In this document: positions 26,156 to 33,262 of the stretch, in pieces
Position numbering within the stretch: the stretch's first letter is position 1
Layout of the letters: each line of letters begins with the position of its first letter
Origin: an uncultured Aquificales bacterium
Lineage (GTDB): Bacteria; Thermosulfidibacterota; Thermosulfidibacteria; Thermosulfidibacterales; Thermosulfidibacteraceae
Assembly (NCBI GenBank): GCA_964411615.1
Contig: CAYPLO010000008.1
Span: 1 to 33,262, forward strand
Reading direction: 5' to 3'
DNA length: 33,262 nucleotides
Program-made: the position numbers and the translations under genes
The notes under the pieces: model-generated
Told to the model about the DNA's origin: nothing
Seen by the model: the letters and a program-made list of their open reading frames with translations, nothing else
The model's database searches: none

Positions 26156-27392
26156 CCTTCCCGCCTTCTCCGGCCAGATACTGGTTGTGGATGTGAAGGG
26201 GGTGATAAACCCTCCCACTGCCCACTACGTCTTAAGGGTTCTGAAGGAGGCCGAGGAGAGGGGGGTTCCCCTGCTCATCCGCATAGATACCCCGGGGGGT
26301 CTCCTTGAGTCCACCAAGGTGCTGGTTATGGGGATATTGAACGCTAAGGTTCCGGTGATAACGTGGGTCTATCCCTCAGGGGCGAGGGCTGCATCGGCGG
26401 GGCTGTTTCTGCTTGAGTCAGGGCATGTGGCCGTCATGGCCTCTGCCACCCATGCGGGAGCTGCCCATCCCGTGAGCTTCATGCAGAAGATGTCAAAGAC
26501 CATGCTTGAAAAGGTCACCAACGACGCCGTGGCCTTTCTGAGGAACATAGCCTCAAAGAGGGGAAGGTACCGTTCCTATCTTGATGTTATGGTGAGAAAG
26601 AGCAAGGTCCTTACGGCTAAGCAGATGTTGAAGAGGCATCTCATAGACTTTATGGCCGACTCCGAAGGGGAGCTGCTTGCCAAGCTCTCCAGAAGGCCCA
26701 TTGTGGTTGATGGCAGAAAGTTCACCTTCAGCAGGTCCGACCGGCTGACCCCTGTGCCTCCCAACTTCAGGGAGAGGTTCTTGAGCATAATCTCCCATCC
26801 CACTATAGCCTACATAATGATAGTTTTGGGCTTTTACGGCCTGCTGTTTGAGCTATCCAACCCTGGCCTTATCTTTCCCGGGGTTGTGGGGGTTCTCTTT
26901 TTAGTCCTCGGCTTCTACTCCCTTCACGTGCTTCCCCTGAACTACGCCGGCATTGCGCTGGTCTTCTTCTCCTTTCTGCTCTTTCTGCTTGAGGTTAAGG
27001 TTCAGTCCCATGGGCTTCTGGGTGTGGGTGGGGCGGTATCCTTTCTGTTGGGTTCCCTCATGCTTTTTGATAAACTGCCTATGGTCATGAAGCCCTCTTT
27101 TGGCATCATACTGGCGGTGACCGTTGTAACAACCCTCTTCTTCGTGTTTGTGGTCGCCGCAGGCTACCGAGTCCTCAGGAAGCGCCCTGTGTCGGGGGCC
27201 GAGGGGCTTGTTGGAGAGGTGGGAGAGGCTAAGAGCAGGCTGGTTCCTGGCTCTGTGGGATGGGTGTTCGTCCATGGGGAGAGGTGGAAGGCCATCTCCG
27301 ATGAGGAGATAGATGAGGGGGAGTCCGTTGAGGTGGTTGAGGTTAAGGGACTTACTCTTAAGGTGAGGAGGTTGAGGCATGACTCAGCTTGA
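26106..27392 (+). CDS. nfeD: Long-form NfeD membrane-bound ClpP-class serine protease
   Basis: Signal peptide-like N-terminus, IDTPGG, RAASAG, GAAHPV, several TM helices, C-terminal OB fold (GWVFVHGERWKA). Start is approximate (TTG 26106). Confidence 0.88.
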   Translation: MRLKRVGLAVALSFWISLPAFSGQILVVDVKGVINPPTAHYVLRVLKEAEERGVPLLIRIDTPGGLLESTKVLVMGILNAKVPVITWVYPSGARAASAGLFLLESGHVAVMASATHAGAAHPVSFMQKMSKTMLEKVTNDAVAFLRNIASKRGRYRSYLDVMVRKSKVLTAKQMLKRHLIDFMADSEGELLAKLSRRPIVVDGRKFTFSRSDRLTPVPPNFRERFLSIISHPTIAYIMIVLGFYGLLFELSNPGLIFPGVVGVLFLVLGFYSLHVLPLNYAGIALVFFSFLLFLLEVKVQSHGLLGVGGAVSFLLGSLMLFDKLPMVMKPSFGIILAVTVVTTLFFVFVVAAGYRVLRKRPVSGAEGLVGEVGEAKSRLVPGSVGWVFVHGERWKAISDEEIDEGESVEVVEVKGLTLKVRRLRHDSA

Positions 27393-28656
27393 GGCGGCCC
27401 GTTCGGGGATTGTGACGGATAGAATGGAGGAGGTTGCCCGTAAGGAGGGTCTGGAGCCTGAGAGATTGAGAGAGCTGGTGGCTGAGGGAAGGGTTGTTAT
27501 TATGGGCAACACCCTTCGCAATCCACCTGCTCTGGGCATAGGTGAGGGGCTGAGGACCAAGGTCAATGCCAGCATAGGCACCTCCACAGATATTGTGGAC
27601 CTTGAGATGGAGGTGGAGAAGGCCAGGGTGGCTCAGTCCGAGGGGGCCGATACCCTTATGGAGTTGTCCACAGGCGGGGACCTGGATGTGATAAGGCGCA
27701 GGATACTGGAGACGGTGGAGCTTCCCGTGGGAACTGTGCCCCTCTACCAGGTGGCTGCCGAGGCCATAAGGAGGTACGGTGCCATAGTCAAGGCACCACG
27801 GGAACTCTTCTTCGAGGTCCTTGAGAGGCAGGTGGAGGATGGCGTTGACTTCATGGCGGTTCACTGCGGGATAAACAGGTTGTCTGTGGAGAGGCTAAAA
27901 AAGCAGGGCTACAGGTATGGAGGGCTTGTGAGCAGGGGAGGCGCCTTTCTCGTTGCCTGGATGGAGTACAATAACGCAGAGAATCCGTATTATGAAGAGT
28001 TTGACAGGGTTGTGTCCATACTTAAGAAGAGGGATGTGGTGCTCAGCCTGGGCAACGGCATGAGGTCTGGAGCTATTCACGATTCCAACGACAGGGCCCA
28101 GATACAGGAGCTCATCATAAACTGCGAGCTTGCAGATTACGCCCGGGAGCGTGGAGTCCAGACCATGGTTGAGGGGCCTGGTCATATCCCCATAGACGAG
28201 ATAGAGATGAACGTTAAGATGGCCAAGAAGCTCAGCGGAGGTGCCCCCTACTACGTCCTGGGGCCTGTTCCCACCGATGTGTTTCCAGGCTACGACCACA
28301 TAGCCTCGGTGGCGGGGGCCGCCCTTGCCGCCCAGTACGGGGCCGACCTGATATGCTATCTGACTCCTGCTGAGCACATAGCCCTTCCATTCCCCGAGGA
28401 TGTGAGGATAGGTGTCAGGTGTGCCCGGATAGCGGCCTACATGGGGGATATGGTGAAGCTGGGAAGAAGGGAGAGGGACCTTGAGATGGCTAAGGCCAGG
28501 AAGGACCTGGACTGGGCCAAACAGCTGGAGCTTGCCGTCTTCAAGGATGTCTTCCAGGAGATAAGAAGCACGAGACCCCCTGAGGCACCCGATACCTGCA
28601 CCATGTGTGGTAAACTGTGTGCCCTGAAAAGCGTCAAGGAGCTCTTTGAGGGATGA
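27379..28656 (+). CDS. ThiC-family radical SAM enzyme, probably 5-hydroxybenzimidazole synthase (BzaF-like)
   Basis: TKVNASIGTS, GADTLMELSTGG, GTVPLYQ, VSRGG, SLGNGMRSG, MVEGPGH, CYLTPAEH, CTMCGKLC. Overlaps the cbiL start (ATGA). Confidence 0.75.
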   Translation: MTQLEAARSGIVTDRMEEVARKEGLEPERLRELVAEGRVVIMGNTLRNPPALGIGEGLRTKVNASIGTSTDIVDLEMEVEKARVAQSEGADTLMELSTGGDLDVIRRRILETVELPVGTVPLYQVAAEAIRRYGAIVKAPRELFFEVLERQVEDGVDFMAVHCGINRLSVERLKKQGYRYGGLVSRGGAFLVAWMEYNNAENPYYEEFDRVVSILKKRDVVLSLGNGMRSGAIHDSNDRAQIQELIINCELADYARERGVQTMVEGPGHIPIDEIEMNVKMAKKLSGGAPYYVLGPVPTDVFPGYDHIASVAGAALAAQYGADLICYLTPAEHIALPFPEDVRIGVRCARIAAYMGDMVKLGRRERDLEMAKARKDLDWAKQLELAVFKDVFQEIRSTRPPEAPDTCTMCGKLCALKSVKELFEG

Positions 28657-29312
28657 GAAGGCTCTACGTCATAGGTGTAGGGCCAGGTGCTCCTGACCTC
28701 GTCACCTTAAGGGCCGTTGACAGACTGAAGAGGTCCCAGGTGGTCTTCTGTCCCGTGAGGAGCCCTGCCGATGAGAGTCTGGCCTATGAGACCGTTAAGC
28801 CCCATCTTAAATCGGGGATTAAGGTTGTGAAGGTCCACTTCCCCATGACCAAAGACAGGGATATCCTTGAGGAGGCCTGGTCCAAGGTGGCTAAAACCAT
28901 TGAGGAGGAGCCCTTTTCTGAGGCATCCTTCGTGGTTATAGGGGACCCCTCTTTTTACTGCACCTTCTTCTACGTGTATCCCCTGCTTAGAGATGTTGAG
29001 ATTGAGGTGGTCCCCGGTGTGGCCTCCTTCTCTGCGTGCTGCGCCTCTTTGAAGTTGCCCTTGGTTCTTGGGGGCGAGTCCCTTCTTGTGATGTCTGGTG
29101 CCCACGGTTTGGAGAAGGAGAGGCCTGATGCCCTTGTGATTATGAAGCCTCCAAGGGATGCTGAAAAGAGGAGGGCTCTCGTGGGATTCCTTAAGGATAA
29201 GGGCTACTCTAAGGTCTTCTTCGCCAGAAGGTGTCAGATGGAGGGCGAAGAGATAACATTTGGCGTGCCCGAGGACTACGACTACATATCCATGCTTATA
29301 GCAAAGGCCTGA
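28653..29312 (+). CDS. cbiL: Precorrin-2/cobalt-factor II C20-methyltransferase
   Basis: IGVGPGAPDLVTLRA, HFPMTKD, IGDPSFYCTF, VVPGVAS, VIMK. Confidence 0.88.
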   Translation: MRRLYVIGVGPGAPDLVTLRAVDRLKRSQVVFCPVRSPADESLAYETVKPHLKSGIKVVKVHFPMTKDRDILEEAWSKVAKTIEEEPFSEASFVVIGDPSFYCTFFYVYPLLRDVEIEVVPGVASFSACCASLKLPLVLGGESLLVMSGAHGLEKERPDALVIMKPPRDAEKRRALVGFLKDKGYSKVFFARRCQMEGEEITFGVPEDYDYISMLIAKA

Positions 29313-29761
29313 TGTATCTTCCCCTGCACTTTAAGGTGAAGGGCAAAAGGCTGCTCTTTGTTGGGGGAGGCAGGGTAAATGAGAGGAGGATTCTCAGTGC
29401 GTTGAAGGCAGGAGCGTCGGTGGTTCTCGTGGCCCCTGAGGCCACCGAGGCTCTAAAGGAGCTTGCCCTTCGTGGGGCTATAGAGTGGCGCCGTAGATGC
29501 TTTCACCCTTCCGACCTTGATGGGGTCCATATGGTGTTTGTGGCCATACCACGGGGATACCACGAAGTTGTGGAGCACGCCAGAAGAAGGGGAGTTATGG
29601 TGGAGTGTGCTTCGGGGCATGAGCTTGGCGATTTTATCTTTCCCGCCGTTGTGAGAAGGGGCGATGTTCTTATTTCTGTATCCACTTCCGGTACTTCTCC
29701 GGCGTTATCCAAAAGGTTGAGGGAGGCCATAGAGAACCTGCTTGATGGGATGGGACTCTGA
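29312..29761 (+). CDS. Precorrin-2 dehydrogenase (SirC/Met8p/CysG N-terminal-like), short form
   Basis: MYLPL, VGGGRV NAD motif, DFIFPAVVRRG, ISVSTSGTSPALSK. ATG overlaps the cbiL stop (TGATG). Confidence 0.85.
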   Translation: MYLPLHFKVKGKRLLFVGGGRVNERRILSALKAGASVVLVAPEATEALKELALRGAIEWRRRCFHPSDLDGVHMVFVAIPRGYHEVVEHARRRGVMVECASGHELGDFIFPAVVRRGDVLISVSTSGTSPALSKRLREAIENLLDGMGL

Positions 29762-30752
29762 GTATTACACCACGGGGGTCTGGGCCTCTGCAGCATCTAG
29801 GGCTGCCCTTGTGGCCCTTATTACCGGCAAGCCTGTTGAAGAGGTGGAGGTCCTCATCCCTGTGGGGAAGAGGGTTATTCTTCCTGTGGAGACCTTATAC
29901 GTTGGTTGTGGCAGAGCTGAGGTTTGTGCCGTTAAAGTCAGTCCTGAGGCCGATGATGTCACCCATGGGGCCAGGATAGTGGCCGAGGCGACTTTCTCCC
30001 CCTGTGGGGTTGTGGTTGAGGGTGGTTCTGGTATCGGTGTGATAACCAAGCCCGGGCTTAAACTGCCTGTTGGGGAGAAGGCCATAAACCCTGTTCCCAG
30101 GTACTACATTTTGAAGAATTTGGCCGAAGTGCTGAGGGACTTCAGAATAGATGATGGGGTGAGGGTGGTTATATCCGTTGAGGATGGGGAATCCATTGCG
30201 AAAAAGACCATCAATCCAAAGCTTGGGATAGTGGGCGGCGTATCCATACTGGGCACTAAGGGAACGGTGATACCCTTCTCAACCAAATCCTTTATGGACT
30301 CTATACTTACGGAGCTTTCCGTTGCCAGGGCCTCAGGTATTGATGTGGTTGTGCTGGCCCCTGGAAGAGGCTCCATGGGGTATGCCCGAAGCGTCATGAG
30401 ACAACTTCCCCCTGAGGCCTTTGTGATGGTGGGAGACTACATCTACTTTGCCGCTAAGCATGCCTCAAAGATGGGCTTTTCAAGTATCCACCTCTTTGCT
30501 CAGCCCGGTAAGATGGCCAAGGTGGCCTACGGATTCAAGAACACCCACGCAAAATATGGAAGCGTTTCCATGGAGTGGCTTGCAGAAGTTCTGGGTCTTC
30601 CGGAGGTGGCTTGCTGCAATACCGTAGCCGAGGCCTGGGCAATATCTAAGGAGAGATGGGGCGTTCTGGAGGCCCTTGCTGCTTCCAGGTTATCCCAGTG
30701 GACGGGCTGTTGTGCCCAGGCTCACCTGGTCCCTCCGGAGCCTTGTGGTTAG
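29745..30752 (+). CDS. cbiD: Cobalt-precorrin-5B C1-methyltransferase
   Basis: YTTG, DVTHGA, GIGVITKPGL, AINPVPR, KTINPKLGIVGGVSILGT, GKMAKVAYG..NTH. Confidence 0.9.
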   Translation: MGWDSEYYTTGVWASAASRAALVALITGKPVEEVEVLIPVGKRVILPVETLYVGCGRAEVCAVKVSPEADDVTHGARIVAEATFSPCGVVVEGGSGIGVITKPGLKLPVGEKAINPVPRYYILKNLAEVLRDFRIDDGVRVVISVEDGESIAKKTINPKLGIVGGVSILGTKGTVIPFSTKSFMDSILTELSVARASGIDVVVLAPGRGSMGYARSVMRQLPPEAFVMVGDYIYFAAKHASKMGFSSIHLFAQPGKMAKVAYGFKNTHAKYGSVSMEWLAEVLGLPEVACCNTVAEAWAISKERWGVLEALAASRLSQWTGCCAQAHLVPPEPCG

Positions 30753-30765
30753 TGCGGTCTCTCTT

Positions 30766-31866
30766 TTATACTTCCCCCACATACAGCCCCACCCTTATGC
30801 CACCGTTGGAGAAGGTGAGTCTTCTCTCAAGCTCCAGCCCTGTGGCTTCAATGTACCTTTTTAGTGGGCTCAGTATGGCTATGTGGGCCCTTTTGAAGCT
30901 CTCCCTAATCCATCTTCCCAGACTGCTGTAGGTCTCTTCTATGTTCTTGGAAGAAAGCCTTACACCGTAAGGTGGGTTGCTGACCACAAAGGCCTCTTTG
31001 AACTCCACGGCGGGAAAGCTTCCCCTTACGAACCTTATGTTGTGGTAGACCTTTGCCCTGAAGGAGTTCTCTACCGCCGCGGATATGGCCTTTTCGTCTA
31101 TGTCCACCCCTACTATGGGTGTGGTGCACTCTCTTACTGCGTTCAGTGCCTCCTCCTTTACCTTCTCCCAGAGCTGCTGGTCGTGTATCTTCCACTTTTC
31201 AAAGGCGAACTCCCGGTCGATTCCTGGTGCCCTGTTGGTGCAGATGAGGGCTGCCTCTATGGGTATGGTGCCTGAACCGCAGAAGGGGTCTATGAGGGGG
31301 GTCTTTCCATCCCATCCACCTGCCAGTATGATTGCAGCTGCCAGGTTCTCCCTGAGAGGGGCCTCTGATGCCTTCTCTCTGTATCCCCTCTTGTGCAGCA
31401 TGGCGCCTGAGCTGTTGACGCTTATGGTGAATCTATCCCTTTCCACCCTAACAATTACGCTTTCCCCCTCGTCTTCCTCTTCTGCCATGAGGGGCCTGAA
31501 CTTCACCCTCTTCATTATCCCCTTTATCACCCTCTCCTCTATGGCCTTGGTGTGGTACAGCTTTGATTTCCTGGAGGTGACCCTGAACTTAACCGGCACA
31601 TCCTCCCTTATGTATATCTCCCAGGGGTAGCGACTCACCCTCTCCACAAGCTCCGCAAAGGTGGTGGCTTTGAATATGGCCACCCTCACAAGCACCCTGT
31701 TGGCCGTCCTCAGCCAGAGGTTCGTTCTGTAGAGGTCCTCCAGGGTTCCCCTGAACTCCACCCCACCTGGCGTCGGTTTTCCCTCTATACCCAGTCCTTC
31801 AAGCTCCCTCAGGGTTATCTCCTCAAGCCCCGGGTGGGAGACTGCGAACATTCTGAATACGGTCAT
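30766..31866 (-). CDS. THUMP-domain RNA m2G methyltransferase (RlmL/YpsC-like)
   Basis: GLEEI, NLWLRTANRV, SSGAMLHKRGYR, APLRENLAA, DPFCGSGTIPIEAA, SNPPYG. ATG 31866 overlaps the upstream small ORF stop (ATGA). Confidence 0.9.
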   Translation of the reverse strand: MTVFRMFAVSHPGLEEITLRELEGLGIEGKPTPGGVEFRGTLEDLYRTNLWLRTANRVLVRVAIFKATTFAELVERVSRYPWEIYIREDVPVKFRVTSRKSKLYHTKAIEERVIKGIMKRVKFRPLMAEEEDEGESVIVRVERDRFTISVNSSGAMLHKRGYREKASEAPLRENLAAAIILAGGWDGKTPLIDPFCGSGTIPIEAALICTNRAPGIDREFAFEKWKIHDQQLWEKVKEEALNAVRECTTPIVGVDIDEKAISAAVENSFRAKVYHNIRFVRGSFPAVEFKEAFVVSNPPYGVRLSSKNIEETYSSLGRWIRESFKRAHIAILSPLKRYIEATGLELERRLTFSNGGIRVGLYVGEV

Positions 31867-32036
31867 CTTCTCCTCCACATCCAGATTACCGTAAGTATGC
31901 CTCCTGCCACAGCCAGTCCCATACCGGCATAGGCCCTTATTATCACCTCCCTGTAGGGGGTGCCGGGAGGCGGTGAGAGAAGCAGTATTGAGGCCATGAA
32001 CATGGCGACCCCTGCAATGGGTATGATTCTGCCCAT
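31863..32036 (-). CDS. 57-aa putative two-TM membrane protein, absent from the ORF track
   Basis: MGRIIPIAGVAMFMASILLLSPPPGTPYREVIIRAYAGMGLAVAGGILTVIWMWRRR*. Starts 2 nt after the NCS2 stop and its TGA overlaps the next ATG. Confidence 0.75.
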   Translation of the reverse strand: MGRIIPIAGVAMFMASILLLSPPPGTPYREVIIRAYAGMGLAVAGGILTVIWMWRRR

Positions 32037-32038
32037 GG

Positions 32039-33262
32039 CTAAAGCATCACTATCTTGGCTACAAAGGCGACACAGAGTATCCAGAGGAAGGGATGCACGT
32101 CTTTCCCCTTGCCGGACAGTAGCTTTACCACCGGGTAGGAGATGAAGCCTGCGGCCAGACCGTTGGCTATGCTATAGGTGGCGGGCATGAAAAACAGGGT
32201 TAAAAATGCGGGAAGGGCCTCGTCCATTCTGCTCCAAGGTATGTGAACCACCTGTGAGAACATGAGAATTCCCACCATTATAAGGGCAGGTGCTGTGGCG
32301 TAGGGGGGTATTATGTGAATCAGCGGGTATAGGAACAGTGACAGGATAAATAGCAGGGATACTGTGATGGATGTGAGGCCTGTTCTGCCCCCTTCCGCCA
32401 CCCCTGTTGCGCTCTCTATGTAGGTGGTGACCGTTGAGGTTCCGAGGATAGCTCCCAGGGTGGTTCCGATGGCATCGGCCATGAGGGCCCTTTCGGACCT
32501 TGGTAGTTTACCTTCTCTAAGGAACCCTCCCAGGGCTCCAACGGCCGATAGGGTTCCTATGGTGTCAAACATGTCCACAAACAGCAGCGCCAGAACCGCC
32601 TTCCAGAAGCTGGCTTCCCCTATATGGGAGAGGTCCATCTTCATGAAGGTGCCTTCCGGGTGGGGGAATCCTATAAGATTCTTGGGAAGTGGCACCTTGC
32701 CGGCCAGTATCCCCAGCAGCGTTACGGCCCCTATGCTGAGCACCAGCGCTCCGCTGAATCCCCTCACCATGAGGAGTCCCGCCATAACCAGTCCCAGAAA
32801 GGCGGCAAGGGGTGGAAAGCTGTGGAGGTCTCCTAAGGTTACAAGGGTGGAGGTTGAGGGTTTTATGAAGCCTGCCTGTTTCATGCCTATGAGGGCTATG
32901 AACAAACCTATACCCACGGGCACCGCTGCCCTTATGGAGGAGGGTATGGCATCTATTATAAGGCTCCTCACCTTGGATGCGGTGAGCAGTATGAATATCA
33001 CCCCTTCCACGAAGACGGCCCCCAGGGCCACCTGCCAGCTGTACCCCATGCCCTTAACTATCCCGTAGGTGAAGTAGGCGTTGAGTCCCATACCAGGGGC
33101 CAAGGCGAAGGGGTATCCGGCGTAGAGCCCCATTATGGCGGTGGCTGCGGCGGATGCTACGCATGTGGCGAACATCACACCGTCCTTGGGCATTCCTGCA
33201 TCTGCAAGAATCAGGGGATTGACAAAGATTATGTAGGCCATGGTGACGAAGGTTGTGATACC
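32039..33262 (-). CDS. NCS2/AzgA-family purine permease (5' end outside the window)
   Basis: GITTFVTMAYIIFVNP, ALAPGMGLNAYF, GIGLFIA, DMFDTIGT, YIESATGVAEGGRTGLT, ATAPALI, YSIANG. Confidence 0.93.
   Translation of the reverse strand, partial: GITTFVTMAYIIFVNPLILADAGMPKDGVMFATCVASAAATAIMGLYAGYPFALAPGMGLNAYFTYGIVKGMGYSWQVALGAVFVEGVIFILLTASKVRSLIIDAIPSSIRAAVPVGIGLFIALIGMKQAGFIKPSTSTLVTLGDLHSFPPLAAFLGLVMAGLLMVRGFSGALVLSIGAVTLLGILAGKVPLPKNLIGFPHPEGTFMKMDLSHIGEASFWKAVLALLFVDMFDTIGTLSAVGALGGFLREGKLPRSERALMADAIGTTLGAILGTSTVTTYIESATGVAEGGRTGLTSITVSLLFILSLFLYPLIHIIPPYATAPALIMVGILMFSQVVHIPWSRMDEALPAFLTLFFMPATYSIANGLAAGFISYPVVKLLSGKGKDVHPFLWILCVAFVAKIVML

Noticed and set aside
27200..27378. Cobalamin or TPP riboswitch upstream of the ThiC-family gene
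   Set aside because: The region is nfeD coding sequence and no riboswitch consensus was recognised.
29755..29800. Selenocysteine readthrough or frameshift fusing sirC-like and cbiD
   Set aside because: The frame after the TGA closes within about 12 codons, the context is not a Cys-equivalent site, and a simple gene overlap explains it.
31960..33068. Plus-strand ORFs 31960-32145 and 32424-33068
   Set aside because: Antisense to the NCS2 permease and the 57-aa ORF, with no RBS or motif.
1..33262. tRNA, rRNA, CRISPR array, IS element, prophage or defence genes
   Set aside because: Intergenic gaps are all about 130 bp or less and show no such structures. No transposase, integrase, cas or phage-like ORF was recognised.

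Overview
Gene-dense chromosomal window from what looks like a thermophilic anaerobic bacterium. This is inferred from AGG/AGA Arg and ATA Ile codons, purine-rich coding strands, many Fe-S enzymes and anaerobic cobamide genes. Left part: hom and an AlaC-like aminotransferase (-), divergent from prmC-murA-hisG (+). At about 5.5-13.1 kb lies an apparent accessory block: an acyl-CoA dehydrogenase (+), a tightly coupled minus-strand operon, and a divergent aryl-CoA ligase of the 2-aminobenzoate/benzoate-CoA ligase type. The operon encodes three tandem U32-family Fe-S proteins (UbiU-like, UbiV-like, UbiU-like), a 4HBT-type thioesterase, an atypical HDAC-fold hydrolase and a NIL-ferredoxin. This block is the best candidate for an undescribed system: an O2-independent 'activate, hydroxylate, release' pathway for an aromatic acid. 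Next comes a ~17.7 kb run of abutting plus-strand genes: degenerate AmrS-like radical SAM, recA, pilT-like, alaS, purD, UPF0282 MBL hydrolase, B12-binding radical SAM, ispH, rpsA, sppA, IHF/HU, YfcE-like phosphoesterase, nfeD, ThiC-family (probably BzaF), cbiL, sirC-like and cbiD. It converges on an NCS2 permease, an unannotated 57-aa membrane ORF and a THUMP RNA methyltransferase (-). No tRNA, rRNA, CRISPR array or mobile element was seen. All functional calls come from motif recognition by eye, not from database searches.
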